The position numbers and the translations under genes were made by a program. This document shows, one piece after another, positions 1 to 8,901 of a stretch of DNA of 64,000 nt. The notes beneath the pieces were generated by a model. The model searched no databases. It worked only from the letters and a program-made list of their open reading frames with translations, and was not told the origin of the DNA. The stretch comes from an uncultured delta proteobacterium (GTDB lineage: Bacteria; Desulfobacterota; BSN033; UBA1163), in NCBI GenBank assembly GCA_963827685.1, contig CAWHBU010000004.1, positions 817,708-881,707 of the forward strand. Reading direction: 5' to 3'. How positions within the stretch are numbered: the first letter of the stretch is position 1; every line of letters starts with the position of its first letter.

Positions 1-24
1 TACTCCTGACCGCGCTCAAGAAAG

Positions 25-54
25 AAGGGTGAGGAAATCTCTCCCACCCTTTTT
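25..54 (+). terminator. Putative intrinsic terminator
   Basis: AAGGGTG...CACCCTT stem followed by a short T-run, just beyond the 3' end of the 99..710 gene. Confidence 0.4.
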
Positions 55-98
55 AGAATAACTCAATAACTTATTGACTCAATAACTCGCTAGCCCCT

Positions 99-710
99 TT
101 ACAGGGTTTCATAAAACGATTTTTTCAAAAACTTAAAGGATGCAACAAATTTATCGAAGATCTCAAAAGCGGATAGATCGTAAGGCCCATCCATGGGTCT
201 CCATTGGGTAATATAAAAACCTACAATCCGGCCACCCCGTTTACCGAAGATGACTTGAGCTCTGACCTTCTCTTTTTTCACTGGGTCCTTTCCCTCCACC
301 AGCACTGCCAGTCCTTCTCCACCAACGACCTGTACTTTTTTTCTCTCCAAAATTTGGAACTGGAGGATGGCGTTGAAAAGGAATCGCTTGAAAAACTCCC
401 TTTCCCTCCCCTCGAACGATGCGGCTGTACAGCCGAAAGGCTCCTCATCATAAGCAAACGTGGTTAAAGAGGGGAATGATCCAGGGTCTGATCTCATAAA
501 TCCAAAATTGATATCATTCTCTCCTGCTTCTACCCTTAGTAATTTCCAATCCGGGGGAGGGGGCAGGAACTCAAACTCATCTTCCCAAATGACCATTCCC
601 TGTGGAGTCAATCTGTAAGGAACCTTCTTAGAGTTTTCCATTGTGGCACATCCGGAAAACCAAGCCACTACCAACACTGAGCATAGAATCGTCAACAACT
701 TTCCTTTCAT
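99..710 (-). CDS. Hypothetical lipoprotein
   Basis: 203 aa; K-rich N-terminus, hydrophobic stretch and lipobox FSG-C; ATGA overlap with the upstream peroxiredoxin gene. Confidence 0.7.
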   Translation of the reverse strand: MKGKLLTILCSVLVVAWFSGCATMENSKKVPYRLTPQGMVIWEDEFEFLPPPPDWKLLRVEAGENDINFGFMRSDPGSFPSLTTFAYDEEPFGCTAASFEGREREFFKRFLFNAILQFQILERKKVQVVGGEGLAVLVEGKDPVKKEKVRAQVIFGKRGGRIVGFYITQWRPMDGPYDLSAFEIFDKFVASFKFLKKSFYETL

Positions 711-1261
711 GGCTTTCCTCCTTCCTGGTTCAATGCTTTGAGAAAGAGGAGAATATCCTTGAAGTCAGGTGAACCATCCCTGACATAACGGATGATTCCA
801 GTTTTATCGATAATCACCGTTCGCCTTCCAAAGATGGGCTTTGCTTCAGGCGAAGCATCGAAATAGAAACCTAAAAAAGAAGTGATGTTCGAAAGGAGGG
901 GGAAGGTTATACCTAAACTATTCCCCCAATATTTTAACGTTGTGACATCATCCCGGCTGACGCCCACGACCCGGGCGTTGAAGCGGTCATAGAGGGAAAG
1001 GTTCCTCTGATGACCCTCCATTTCGCCCGTTCAGACAGGGGTGAAGGCGGCTGGAAAGAACGTGATGATCAGATGGTACTTTCCATAGTACTCGTCGGCA
1101 TAATTAATCAACCGGTCCTGCGTGGATGGCAGGGTAAAATTGAGTGTCTCTCGACCGATTAACTCTATTCTTTTTGCAGCTTCCACATGGGAGAGAGGAA
1201 GAAGGAATAACAAAAGTAAAGGCAGGGGAATCCATTTGTGGTAAAGAATCTTTCTCCTCAT
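707..1261 (-). CDS. Selenocysteine-containing AhpC/TSA peroxiredoxin-like protein with signal peptide (UGA at 1031-1033 read as Sec)
   Basis: ORFs 1031..1261 and 707..1021 are in frame across one TGA: FFPAAFTPV-U-TGEMEG. The TGA sits at the peroxidatic Cys position (paralog at 36947 reads FVPAAWTPVC). Confidence 0.88.
985..1020 (-). promoter_or_regulatory. Candidate bacterial SECIS hairpin
   Basis: Begins 10 nt 3' of the UGA: UGGAGGG/CCCUCUA lower stem and AGAG-GAAC-CUUU apical stem-loop with G first in the loop; an alternative GGUCAU/AUGACC fold is also possible. Confidence 0.55.
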
Positions 1262-1298
1262 GATAACCTCCTTTCTATCATTAATTAATGATTAAAGA

Positions 1299-1327
1299 AT
1301 TTTACCTCATTTTGTTAGCTTTTGCAA
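1299..1327 (-). promoter_or_regulatory. sigma70-type promoter for the Sec-peroxiredoxin operon
   Basis: TTGCAA-N17-TAAAAT on the minus strand, upstream of the GGAGG RBS. Confidence 0.55.
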
Positions 1328-1362
1328 TTCAGCTTAATGAGCTTAATGAGTGCAGATTTCTC

Positions 1363-2793
1363 TCACGGCTGAAGGACAAGAGGTAATGTGCGCGAGATGA
1401 CGGAGAATAGGGGTGAGGGCATGACCCCTAACCACAGAATCATGATGAATATCAGCCCGCCTGCAATACGATCGGAAAGAGCCGTGTCAGAGATTGTGAC
1501 TTTTCTTTCTTCGGGTCGCATGTAAAGGCAGACAATGACTTTTAGGTAAAAATAGATGGATAGAACGACGGTTATTATTCCGATGACTGCCAGCACGATG
1601 AAATCGGCCTGGAGGGTGGCCTGGAACAGGGCAAACTTTCCAATGAAACCTGCTGTTGGAGGAAGGCCGGCTAAGGAGAAAAGACAAATGGTAAGGAAAG
1701 CAGACTGCCACGGATGCGAATAACCAAGACTCCTATAGTCCTCGATCGTATCTAAATCATCCCTTTTTTCTGAAAATATGGCTAATGCACCAAAGGCGCC
1801 TAAGTCCATCAACGCATAGACGGTCAAGTAGAACATCACGGCCGAAGCCCCGTTTTGTTTTACTGCCAATAAAGTCATCAACAAATAACCCATCTGGGCA
1901 ATGGAAGAGTAGGCTAACAAACGTTTTATCCGGGTCTGTGTCAAAGCAGCAATATTTCCGGCAACCATCGTCAGAGCAGACAACACCCACAACACAGGTG
2001 TTAAATAAGGCCAGACCACATCCCCGGAGGCAAAAGCAAAGCGCAACAGTGCAGCGAATAAGGCTACCTTTGAACCTGCTGTCAAAAAGGCAGTGACAGG
2101 TGTTGGAGCTCCTTGGTAAACATCCGGTGTCCACAAATGAAAGGGGACCAGAGAGATCTTAAAACCGATGCCGACCAGAATGAGACTTATACCGAGTAAT
2201 ATCACCGGTGTGTTGGCGCTAGGAATATTGACTGACAAGCTTTGGGCAATATCCAGTTTGCCGGTGGCCGCATAGAGCATGGCAATGCCAAAGATGAGAA
2301 AAGCACTTGCCACCACGCCCATGACAAAGTATTTTATCCCGGCTTCATTTGACTGCGGATCATCTTTCCGGATAGCGATGAGGACGTACAGGGAAATTGA
2401 CAAGATTTCAAGCCCCAGAAAGAAGGTTAGCCAATGGAGAGCCGAGGCGACGAACGTCATCCCCAGGGCGGCAAAGAGAACGAGCCCGAAAAACTCGTCT
2501 CCTGCGAAGCCCCGATTTTTCGCATACGGATATGAGAAGAGGAGTGTCATCCCGGTGATGGCTAAGATAAGAAAGGTGAAGAATCGGCCATAGCCGCTCG
2601 CTTCGAACATGCCTGCAAGCTGGGGTTCCTCGGGCCCCGTCAGGAGAGCGACTGCGCCGGCTGTCAAAACGAAGATCAGCGCCATACCAAAGAGAAATCC
2701 AGGCGGTCGGTGTCGCCAAAAACCACCGACACAGAAAATGAAAAAGCCCCCTGCGGCAAGGGTGAGTTGGGGGAGAATAGAAAACCAATCCAT
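1363..2793 (-). CDS. nuoN: NADH-quinone oxidoreductase subunit N
   Basis: Antiporter-like membrane protein with EAGIKYF, FKISLVPFHLWTPDVYQGAPTPV and KRLLAYSSIAQ; last gene of the nuo operon; start taken as MDWFS. Confidence 0.93.
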   Translation of the reverse strand: MDWFSILPQLTLAAGGFFIFCVGGFWRHRPPGFLFGMALIFVLTAGAVALLTGPEEPQLAGMFEASGYGRFFTFLILAITGMTLLFSYPYAKNRGFAGDEFFGLVLFAALGMTFVASALHWLTFFLGLEILSISLYVLIAIRKDDPQSNEAGIKYFVMGVVASAFLIFGIAMLYAATGKLDIAQSLSVNIPSANTPVILLGISLILVGIGFKISLVPFHLWTPDVYQGAPTPVTAFLTAGSKVALFAALLRFAFASGDVVWPYLTPVLWVLSALTMVAGNIAALTQTRIKRLLAYSSIAQMGYLLMTLLAVKQNGASAVMFYLTVYALMDLGAFGALAIFSEKRDDLDTIEDYRSLGYSHPWQSAFLTICLFSLAGLPPTAGFIGKFALFQATLQADFIVLAVIGIITVVLSIYFYLKVIVCLYMRPEERKVTISDTALSDRIAGGLIFIMILWLGVMPSPLFSVISRTLPLVLQP

Positions 2794-2813
2794 AGATCTG
2801 ATCCTTCCTCGCA

Positions 2814-2855
2814 CCCTTCCCTCCCCCTCAAGGGGGGAGCGTGAGGCCGGGGGTC
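2814..2855. repeat. REP-like GC-rich palindromic element
   Basis: CCCTCCCCCTCAAGGGGGGAG hairpin between nuoM and nuoN; same style as 8788 and 36646. Confidence 0.5.
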
Positions 2856-2872
2856 ACTTTAGTTCACTAGTT

Positions 2873-4342
2873 TCACTTCAATAGTTCCAATAATCCCTGG
2901 ACCGGCTCCTGGATAAGATCCAAAACCGGTCCTGGATACAAACCAATAAAGAGCACGGCGATCGCCAGGGTTACCAAAATCACCGTTTCCCGAGTTGTCA
3001 CATCCCAGAAGGTGTGCTCTTTCCTTGTTTCACCGAAAAGCGTGGATTGGACTACCCAGAGAATGTAGATGACAGTAAAAAGGAGACCGGCGAACCCGAT
3101 CACCGAAACCGCTGTGTTTTCCCGGAAGGTACCGATCAGGATGAGGATCTCGCCCACGAAATTGTTGAGCCCCGGGAAACCCATAGAGGCAATAGCAAAG
3201 AACAAGAAAAAGGCACTGAAGACAGGCATTTTTTTCCAGAGCCCGCCGAGATCGGATAAGTCCCTGGAGTGGGTCCGTTCATCTAACATCCCCACAAGAA
3301 TAAAGAGTGCCGAGGTGGTCAGCCCGTGGTTGACCAGTTGCAACACGGCACCCGAAAGGGTCAGGATGTTCCAGACCGCAATTCCGATCACCACGAGGCC
3401 CATATGAGCAATGCTTGAGTAAGCCACCAAGCGTTTGATATCCTTTTGCGCCAAAGCAATCCAGGCTGCATAGAATAAGCCAGCCAATCCCAGCCCGAGC
3501 AGGAGAGGGACAGAGAGCTTAGCTGCCGTGGGGAAAAGTGGAAAGGCAAACCGCAATAGTGCATACGCACCCGTCTTCAGGAGTAAGCCAGCCAGAATAA
3601 CACTCCCTGCCGTAGGTGCTTCTGTATGGGCATCGGGCAGCCAGGTATGGACAGGAATGATAGGGACCTTGATTGCAAAAGCTAACAGGAACGCGGCGTA
3701 GAGCAATATTTCAGCAGACCATGAGAGAGGCGTATGGATCAATTGAGTGAAGGAGAAGGTGTAAGTCCCGGTCTGACTGCCATGGATGAGGTAGAGGCTG
3801 ATCAATGCGATCAACATCAGCAGGCTGCCGGTCATGGTGAAAATGACAAATTTGAAGGTGGCATAAATTCGTCTTTCATGACCCCATATCCCGATGAGGA
3901 AAAACATGGGGAAGAGTTGGACTTCCCAAAACAGGTAGAACAAGAAGAGATCTGTGGAGAGAAAGACACCCAGGATTCCGGTCTGCATGATGAGTAAGAA
4001 GAAGTGGAATGCTCCCACACGGTTTTCAATTTGCCTCCACGATAGGAGCACACAGAGGATGCCGAGAAATGCCGTGAGCAGGATAAGCATCAAGCTGATG
4101 CCATCCAGGCCAAGGCTATACCGTATGCCAAAGCGTTCTATCCAGGGAAAATCCTCTACCAATAACCATCTGACTCCGGTCGCGGATTGCGCCTTGAGAT
4201 CCATGGTCAAGAGGGAAAGGATCAGGAAAAAATCTGCGAGGGTAATGGCGAAGCTGGTCCATCGGCACAGTTTCGCATGACGCCAGGAGAGAAGCACCAG
4301 CAGGCTGCCGAAAAAGGGAAGAAATACAATTAAAGAAAGCAT
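2873..4342 (-). CDS. nuoM: NADH-quinone oxidoreductase subunit M
   Basis: [38 protein letters not shown]-type motif, [13 protein letters not shown]; start uncertain (4342 or 4372). Confidence 0.93.
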   Translation of the reverse strand: [489 protein letters not shown]

Positions 4343-4352
4343 ACCAATGCCC

Positions 4353-6230
4353 TCACCCAGAAAACCATCCAAAGGCTAAAGCGCAGAGTATCGCTGTGAA
4401 CCCCAAGAGGAGCATGACCAGATAAGTCGAGAGCCTCCCTGTCGTCCAATGCTGCAATCCAGTAGAAAAGATCTGGAAGAGATTTCCCGTTTGATCCATT
4501 CCTTCGTCCACAACCCCTTCGTCAATTTTCAACCATAAGAACGCTGCGATTCGTTGATAAGGCCGGACAACCGCTTTTTGATAGAATCGATCTAAGTAAA
4601 ATCCCGACTCAAGGAGCTCATTCAGACCCTTTTGCAATGCTGCCGGCTGGCGGGCATAGAGAAAGTAGGCCCCTATCAGCACGGCGATGGAGAAAAGCCC
4701 GCTCCCAATTTCCATCGTCCACTCTAAGCCAGGAGAAACATTAAGCTGGGGAAGACTTCCAGAGACTGGGGAGAGGTATTGTGCCAGCCATTCCTTTCCA
4801 GACCAGATGACTGGAAGATTCAGAAAACCACTGAACAAAGAGAGAAGAACCAATGGCCACAATGTCCAGACCATTAACTTTGGCACCCGTCGAATCTCAC
4901 GATCTTCCTGGTTTTCGGATGTCCCCAGGAAGACGATGAAAAAAAGGCGAAATATATAAAGGGGTGTTAACAGAGCTGTAACCGCTGCCATGAACCATAG
5001 GACTTTATAAATCAGTTCCGGGTGTCCGAAGGTCGCTAAAAGAATGCGGTCCTTGCTGAAAAAACCTCCTGTAAAGGGGAGGGCACCCAAGGAGAGCGAT
5101 CCGGCCAGAAAGAACCAAAAAACGGTAGGCAGACGATCGCGCAGATGACGCATTCGAAAGATATCATGCTCATCATGGAGGGCCTGAATCACACACCCAG
5201 CAGCGAGAAAAAGCAAGGCCTTAAAAAAGGCATGCGAAAGCAAGTGGAACATTCCTCCGATGATATCGCCAACCCCGACTCCCAGAAACATATAGCTCAC
5301 CTGGCTGATGGTTGAATAAGCCAATACCCGCTTGATATCCTTTTGGGTCAAAGCCGAGCAGGCTGCATAAAGAGCCGAGACGGCACCGACAATGGAGATA
5401 GTGAGCATGGTCATCGAGGACAGCCTTACGACCGGAAAGAGCCTCATGAGTAAATAGACGCCTGCGGTGACCATGGTGGCCGCGTGAATTAGAGCAGAGA
5501 CGGGCGTAGGCCCTGCCATGGCATCGGGCAGCCAAACTGTCAAAGGAAGTTGGGCAGACTTGCCGACAGCAGCCCAGAGAAGCAAGAGCCCCAATGCCGT
5601 CGCCATACCCAAGCTCAGGGAGGAGGCCTTCGCATTAATGTGGAAGATAGAAAATTCATTAAAAACAATAAAGAAAAGGCCGATGGCAATCCCGAAGGCC
5701 ACGTCTCCGATGCGTGTCAGCACAAAGGCTTTTCGACCTGCTGCTGCATTGACCACATCCCGGTACCAGAAACCGATAAGGGCGTATGAGCAGAAACCAA
5801 CACCTTCCCAGCCCAGGTACAAAAAGATCAGGTTGTCTGAGAGGGTGATCACCAGCATGGAGAAGACAAAAAGGTTCATGTAACAAAAGTAACGGACATA
5901 ATCTTCATCCTCCCGCATAAAGCTGACAGAATAGAGATGGATGAGACTGGAAACAAAGGTGACCATCAAGGCCATGATCGCTGCAAGGGGATTATAATAA
6001 ACACTCATGGAAGCCGAAAAATCATTGAGGGCAATCCATCTGAACAGGGTGAGGACATAACTTTTCTGACCTGCCATGGCAAAAGCGACGATCGCCATCG
6101 ACAAAGATCCCAAGACACTGCCGCAGGCAATGGTTTCTACCGCCCGTCTCGGCAAACGGCGTCCCACGACCGCTTGGAGAAACGCTCCCAATAAAGGGAA
6201 AAGGATTAGCAGAAGGAGGATCGTTTTCAT
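4353..6230 (-). CDS. nuoL: NADH-quinone oxidoreductase subunit L
   Basis: GWEGVGFCSYALIGFW, GKSAQLPLTVWLPDAMAGPTPVSALIHAATMV. Confidence 0.95.
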   Translation of the reverse strand: MKTILLLLILFPLLGAFLQAVVGRRLPRRAVETIACGSVLGSLSMAIVAFAMAGQKSYVLTLFRWIALNDFSASMSVYYNPLAAIMALMVTFVSSLIHLYSVSFMREDEDYVRYFCYMNLFVFSMLVITLSDNLIFLYLGWEGVGFCSYALIGFWYRDVVNAAAGRKAFVLTRIGDVAFGIAIGLFFIVFNEFSIFHINAKASSLSLGMATALGLLLLWAAVGKSAQLPLTVWLPDAMAGPTPVSALIHAATMVTAGVYLLMRLFPVVRLSSMTMLTISIVGAVSALYAACSALTQKDIKRVLAYSTISQVSYMFLGVGVGDIIGGMFHLLSHAFFKALLFLAAGCVIQALHDEHDIFRMRHLRDRLPTVFWFFLAGSLSLGALPFTGGFFSKDRILLATFGHPELIYKVLWFMAAVTALLTPLYIFRLFFIVFLGTSENQEDREIRRVPKLMVWTLWPLVLLSLFSGFLNLPVIWSGKEWLAQYLSPVSGSLPQLNVSPGLEWTMEIGSGLFSIAVLIGAYFLYARQPAALQKGLNELLESGFYLDRFYQKAVVRPYQRIAAFLWLKIDEGVVDEGMDQTGNLFQIFSTGLQHWTTGRLSTYLVMLLLGFTAILCALAFGWFSG

Positions 6231-6231
6231 G

Positions 6232-6537
6232 TCAGTCCTTCATCAGACTGTAGGCATCGGCATTGACAGAACCGGTACGTCGCTGGGAGTAAACGATCAA
6301 TGCCAAGCCCACGGCAACCTCTGAAGCCGCAACTGCCATAATAAATAGGACGAATATTTGTCCGTCCAGAAGCTGCCAGCGAAGCGATGCCCCAACAAAA
6401 GCAAGTCCGGCAGCGTTCAGCATGATTTCCACCCCGATGAGAATCATGATCAGATTGCGGCGTGCGATGGCACAAACGGCTCCCATCAGGAAAAGAATGA
6501 CAGCCAATAGGAGCACATGATAGTAAGGAATGATCAT
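6232..6537 (-). CDS. nuoK: NADH-quinone oxidoreductase subunit K
   Basis: RRNLIMILIGVEIMLNA, AVAASEVAVGLAL; true start MIIPYY overlaps the nuoJ stop (ATGA). Confidence 0.93.
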   Translation of the reverse strand: MIIPYYHVLLLAVILFLMGAVCAIARRNLIMILIGVEIMLNAAGLAFVGASLRWQLLDGQIFVLFIMAVAASEVAVGLALIVYSQRRTGSVNADAYSLMKD

Positions 6538-7049
6538 CGCGTCTCCTTCGATTTCTTTTCCCCCCTGCCGAGGTAAAGGGCGCCTACGAGAGCGATGAGC
6601 AGCAGAAAAGAGGCAATTTCTACCGGGAACCAATAATTCTGAAAAAGAAAATGGCCAAACTCTTTAGGGGTTGCCATAGAAATACTTAGGGTCCTCCGGC
6701 TGTCGGGAACTGAAAAGAGGAGGGCTGCCGTGACCATCAGAGAGATTCCACCCAACACGATCGCAGGAAACCACTGCCGCAGCGCAGCCCTTTTAGTCCT
6801 CGCAGAGGGTTCCATCCGGATCATCATAATGATAAAGAGGAACAGGACCACAATCGCACCGGCGTAAATGATGACTTCCAGGACAGCAAGGAAAGGAGCT
6901 CCCAGAAGATAGAAGAGAAGGGCGGTGCCGAGAAAGGAGATGATCAGGTAGATTACGGCATGGACCACATGGCGACGAGTGATGGCGAGCGTTGTGGCGA
7001 TCAGGATGACGATTCCTAACAGATAAAAGAAAGCCGCATATAAAGTCAT
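6534..7049 (-). CDS. nuoJ: NADH-quinone oxidoreductase subunit J
   Basis: LEVIIYAGAIVVLFLFIIMM, FPVEIASFLLLIALVGA. Confidence 0.92.
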   Translation of the reverse strand: MTLYAAFFYLLGIVILIATTLAITRRHVVHAVIYLIISFLGTALLFYLLGAPFLAVLEVIIYAGAIVVLFLFIIMMIRMEPSARTKRAALRQWFPAIVLGGISLMVTAALLFSVPDSRRTLSISMATPKEFGHFLFQNYWFPVEIASFLLLIALVGALYLGRGEKKSKETR

Positions 7050-7068
7050 GCCAACACCTCAAACTTAT

Positions 7069-7230
7069 AGTTCGGAGCTCGGAGTCCAGAGTTCGGAGGC
7101 AAAAATTTATTTAATCTGAACCTAAGATTCATGACTATTCACCTTCGTGCGGCATTGAGTCATTGGTTGGACGCCATCCATAATTTGTTAAGTCTTACCT
7201 CCTAACTCCTAACTCCCACCTCCTAACTTA
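7069..7230. repeat. Degenerate 7-bp tandem repeats (AGTTCGG and CCTAACT types)
   Basis: agttcgg-agctcgg-agtccag-agttcgg at 7069-7098 and cctaact repeats at ~7198-7230 in the nuoI-nuoJ gap. Confidence 0.7.
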
Positions 7231-7237
7231 TGACTTA

Positions 7238-7765
7238 TCATGGCAAATTGCTCTTGAGATTGACAGGTTTCTCTTCATTGATGTGAGTTCCTTTATCCCC
7301 CACCGTGGTGACTCCGGCGTGGCGATAAAAATTATATTCCTTGTTCTTACCACCGTGGTTGACCAGAAGGTCCTCTTTTTCAGCCACAAGCTTTAAAACC
7401 TCACGCTCACACGTTTCAAAAAAGGGAGTCAATTGGATCGCCAGGGTAGGGCAAGCCTCCTCGCAGAAGCCGCAGTAAATGCAACGCGCAAAGTTGATTC
7501 GGAACCATCGTGGATAACGACGGCCATCCTCACGCTGAGCCGACTGCATGGAGATACAACTGACCGGACAGACCGCGGAGCAGAGATAACAGGCCACACA
7601 ACGTTCCTCTCCATCGGGGTCGCGAGTCAGGATGATCCTTGCCCGAGAGCGAGCGGGTAAGGAGCGCTTGTATTCAGGGTATTGTTCCGTAATCGGTTTA
7701 CGCAAAAGATGTTTGAAGGTGATTGAAAAACCGGTGATGAACCCCCTTAACCATTCCTTCAACAT
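7238..7765 (-). CDS. nuoI: NADH-quinone oxidoreductase subunit I
   Basis: Two CxxCxxCxxxCP motifs (CVACYLCSAVCP, CIYCGFCEEACP); PITEQYPE. Confidence 0.95.
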   Translation of the reverse strand: MLKEWLRGFITGFSITFKHLLRKPITEQYPEYKRSLPARSRARIILTRDPDGEERCVACYLCSAVCPVSCISMQSAQREDGRRYPRWFRINFARCIYCGFCEEACPTLAIQLTPFFETCEREVLKLVAEKEDLLVNHGGKNKEYNFYRHAGVTTVGDKGTHINEEKPVNLKSNLP

Positions 7766-7777
7766 TCTTATCTCCTT

Positions 7778-8782
7778 CTACGACTCGATCATTAGAATGA
7801 CTGCGCCGGTGGCCATGATGTTGAGCAGGGCGAGAGGGATGAGTCCTTTCCAGCCCAGGGACATCAGTTGATCATACCTTAAGCGGGGCAATGTCCCCCG
7901 CATCCAGATCATTACGAATACGATCGCAAGAACTTTAAGGACGAACCAAACCAGGGGAGGGAGGAGCGGGCCGCGCCATCCCCCCAAGAAAAAGGCCGCC
8001 ACCAAACCGCCAAGAACGATGAGGGTGATGTATTCCCCCAAGAAGAAAAGGCCGAATCGCATGCCACTGTATTCCGTATGATAGCCGGCTACCAGCTCAT
8101 TTTCAGCCTCCGGCAGGTCAAAGGGTATCCGTTTAATCTCTGCTACGGCACTGACGAAAAAGATTAGGAAAGAAATCGGTTGAACCAGAATGAAAGGATA
8201 ATGGGCCTGTGCATTGACAATGTCAACGAGACTGAAGGACCGGGCCAGCATGACGATGGGAACCAAGGAGAGCCCGAGGCTGAGCTCGTAGCTGATCATC
8301 TGTGCAGCACCCCGAATTCCACCCAACAGGCTATATTTTGAATTAGAAGCCCATCCTCCTAACGCGACGCCATAAACACCGAGGGAAGAAAGGGCGATGG
8401 CGAAAAGCAAACCGACATTTAAATCTGCAATGACCATAGGGATGGATCTGCCCCAGAGTGTGAGACCGTTTGCAAACGGGATGACGGCAAAAATCAACAT
8501 TGCCGTAGTACCCACGGCCGCCGGGGCGAGGAGAAAAATCGTCTTATCCGCTGCCTCAGGTACCGTGTCCTCTTTGGTGATCAGTTTGATGAGATCGGCC
8601 AATGGCTGGAGCAGTCCGAATCGGCCAGCCCGATTCGGGCCGTAACGGACCTGCAGTCTGCCGAGAAGTTTGCGTTCAACCCAGACTAAGTAGGCGGCCG
8701 CCAGGAGCAAAACAAGGAGTACAACTCCAAGCTTTATGACAAGTAGAATAAATCCTGCGATCCAAGTTTGCATGCTTCTCAT
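7778..8782 (-). CDS. nuoH: NADH-quinone oxidoreductase subunit H
   Basis: ERKLLGRLQVRYGPNR, LLQPLADLIKL, PFDLPEAENELVAGYHTEYSGMRF. Confidence 0.95.
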   Translation of the reverse strand: MRSMQTWIAGFILLVIKLGVVLLVLLLAAAYLVWVERKLLGRLQVRYGPNRAGRFGLLQPLADLIKLITKEDTVPEAADKTIFLLAPAAVGTTAMLIFAVIPFANGLTLWGRSIPMVIADLNVGLLFAIALSSLGVYGVALGGWASNSKYSLLGGIRGAAQMISYELSLGLSLVPIVMLARSFSLVDIVNAQAHYPFILVQPISFLIFFVSAVAEIKRIPFDLPEAENELVAGYHTEYSGMRFGLFFLGEYITLIVLGGLVAAFFLGGWRGPLLPPLVWFVLKVLAIVFVMIWMRGTLPRLRYDQLMSLGWKGLIPLALLNIMATGAVILMIES

Positions 8783-8787
8783 CTTCC

Positions 8788-8880
8788 TCCTCTCCCCTGA
8801 CGGGAGAGGGCTGGGGTGAGGGTGCCAGATAACCCATCGTACCCCCTCCCCTCGATCCCCTCCCGCCAGGGGAGGGGATT
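8788..8880. repeat. Pair of inverted REP-like palindromes
   Basis: CCTCTCCCCTGACGGGAGAGGGCTGGGGTGAGGG and CCCTCCCCTCGATCCCCTCCCGCCAGGGGAGGGG between nuoG and nuoH. Confidence 0.6.
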
Positions 8881-8901
8881 TTTTGAGGTGACACCAGAAA
8901 C

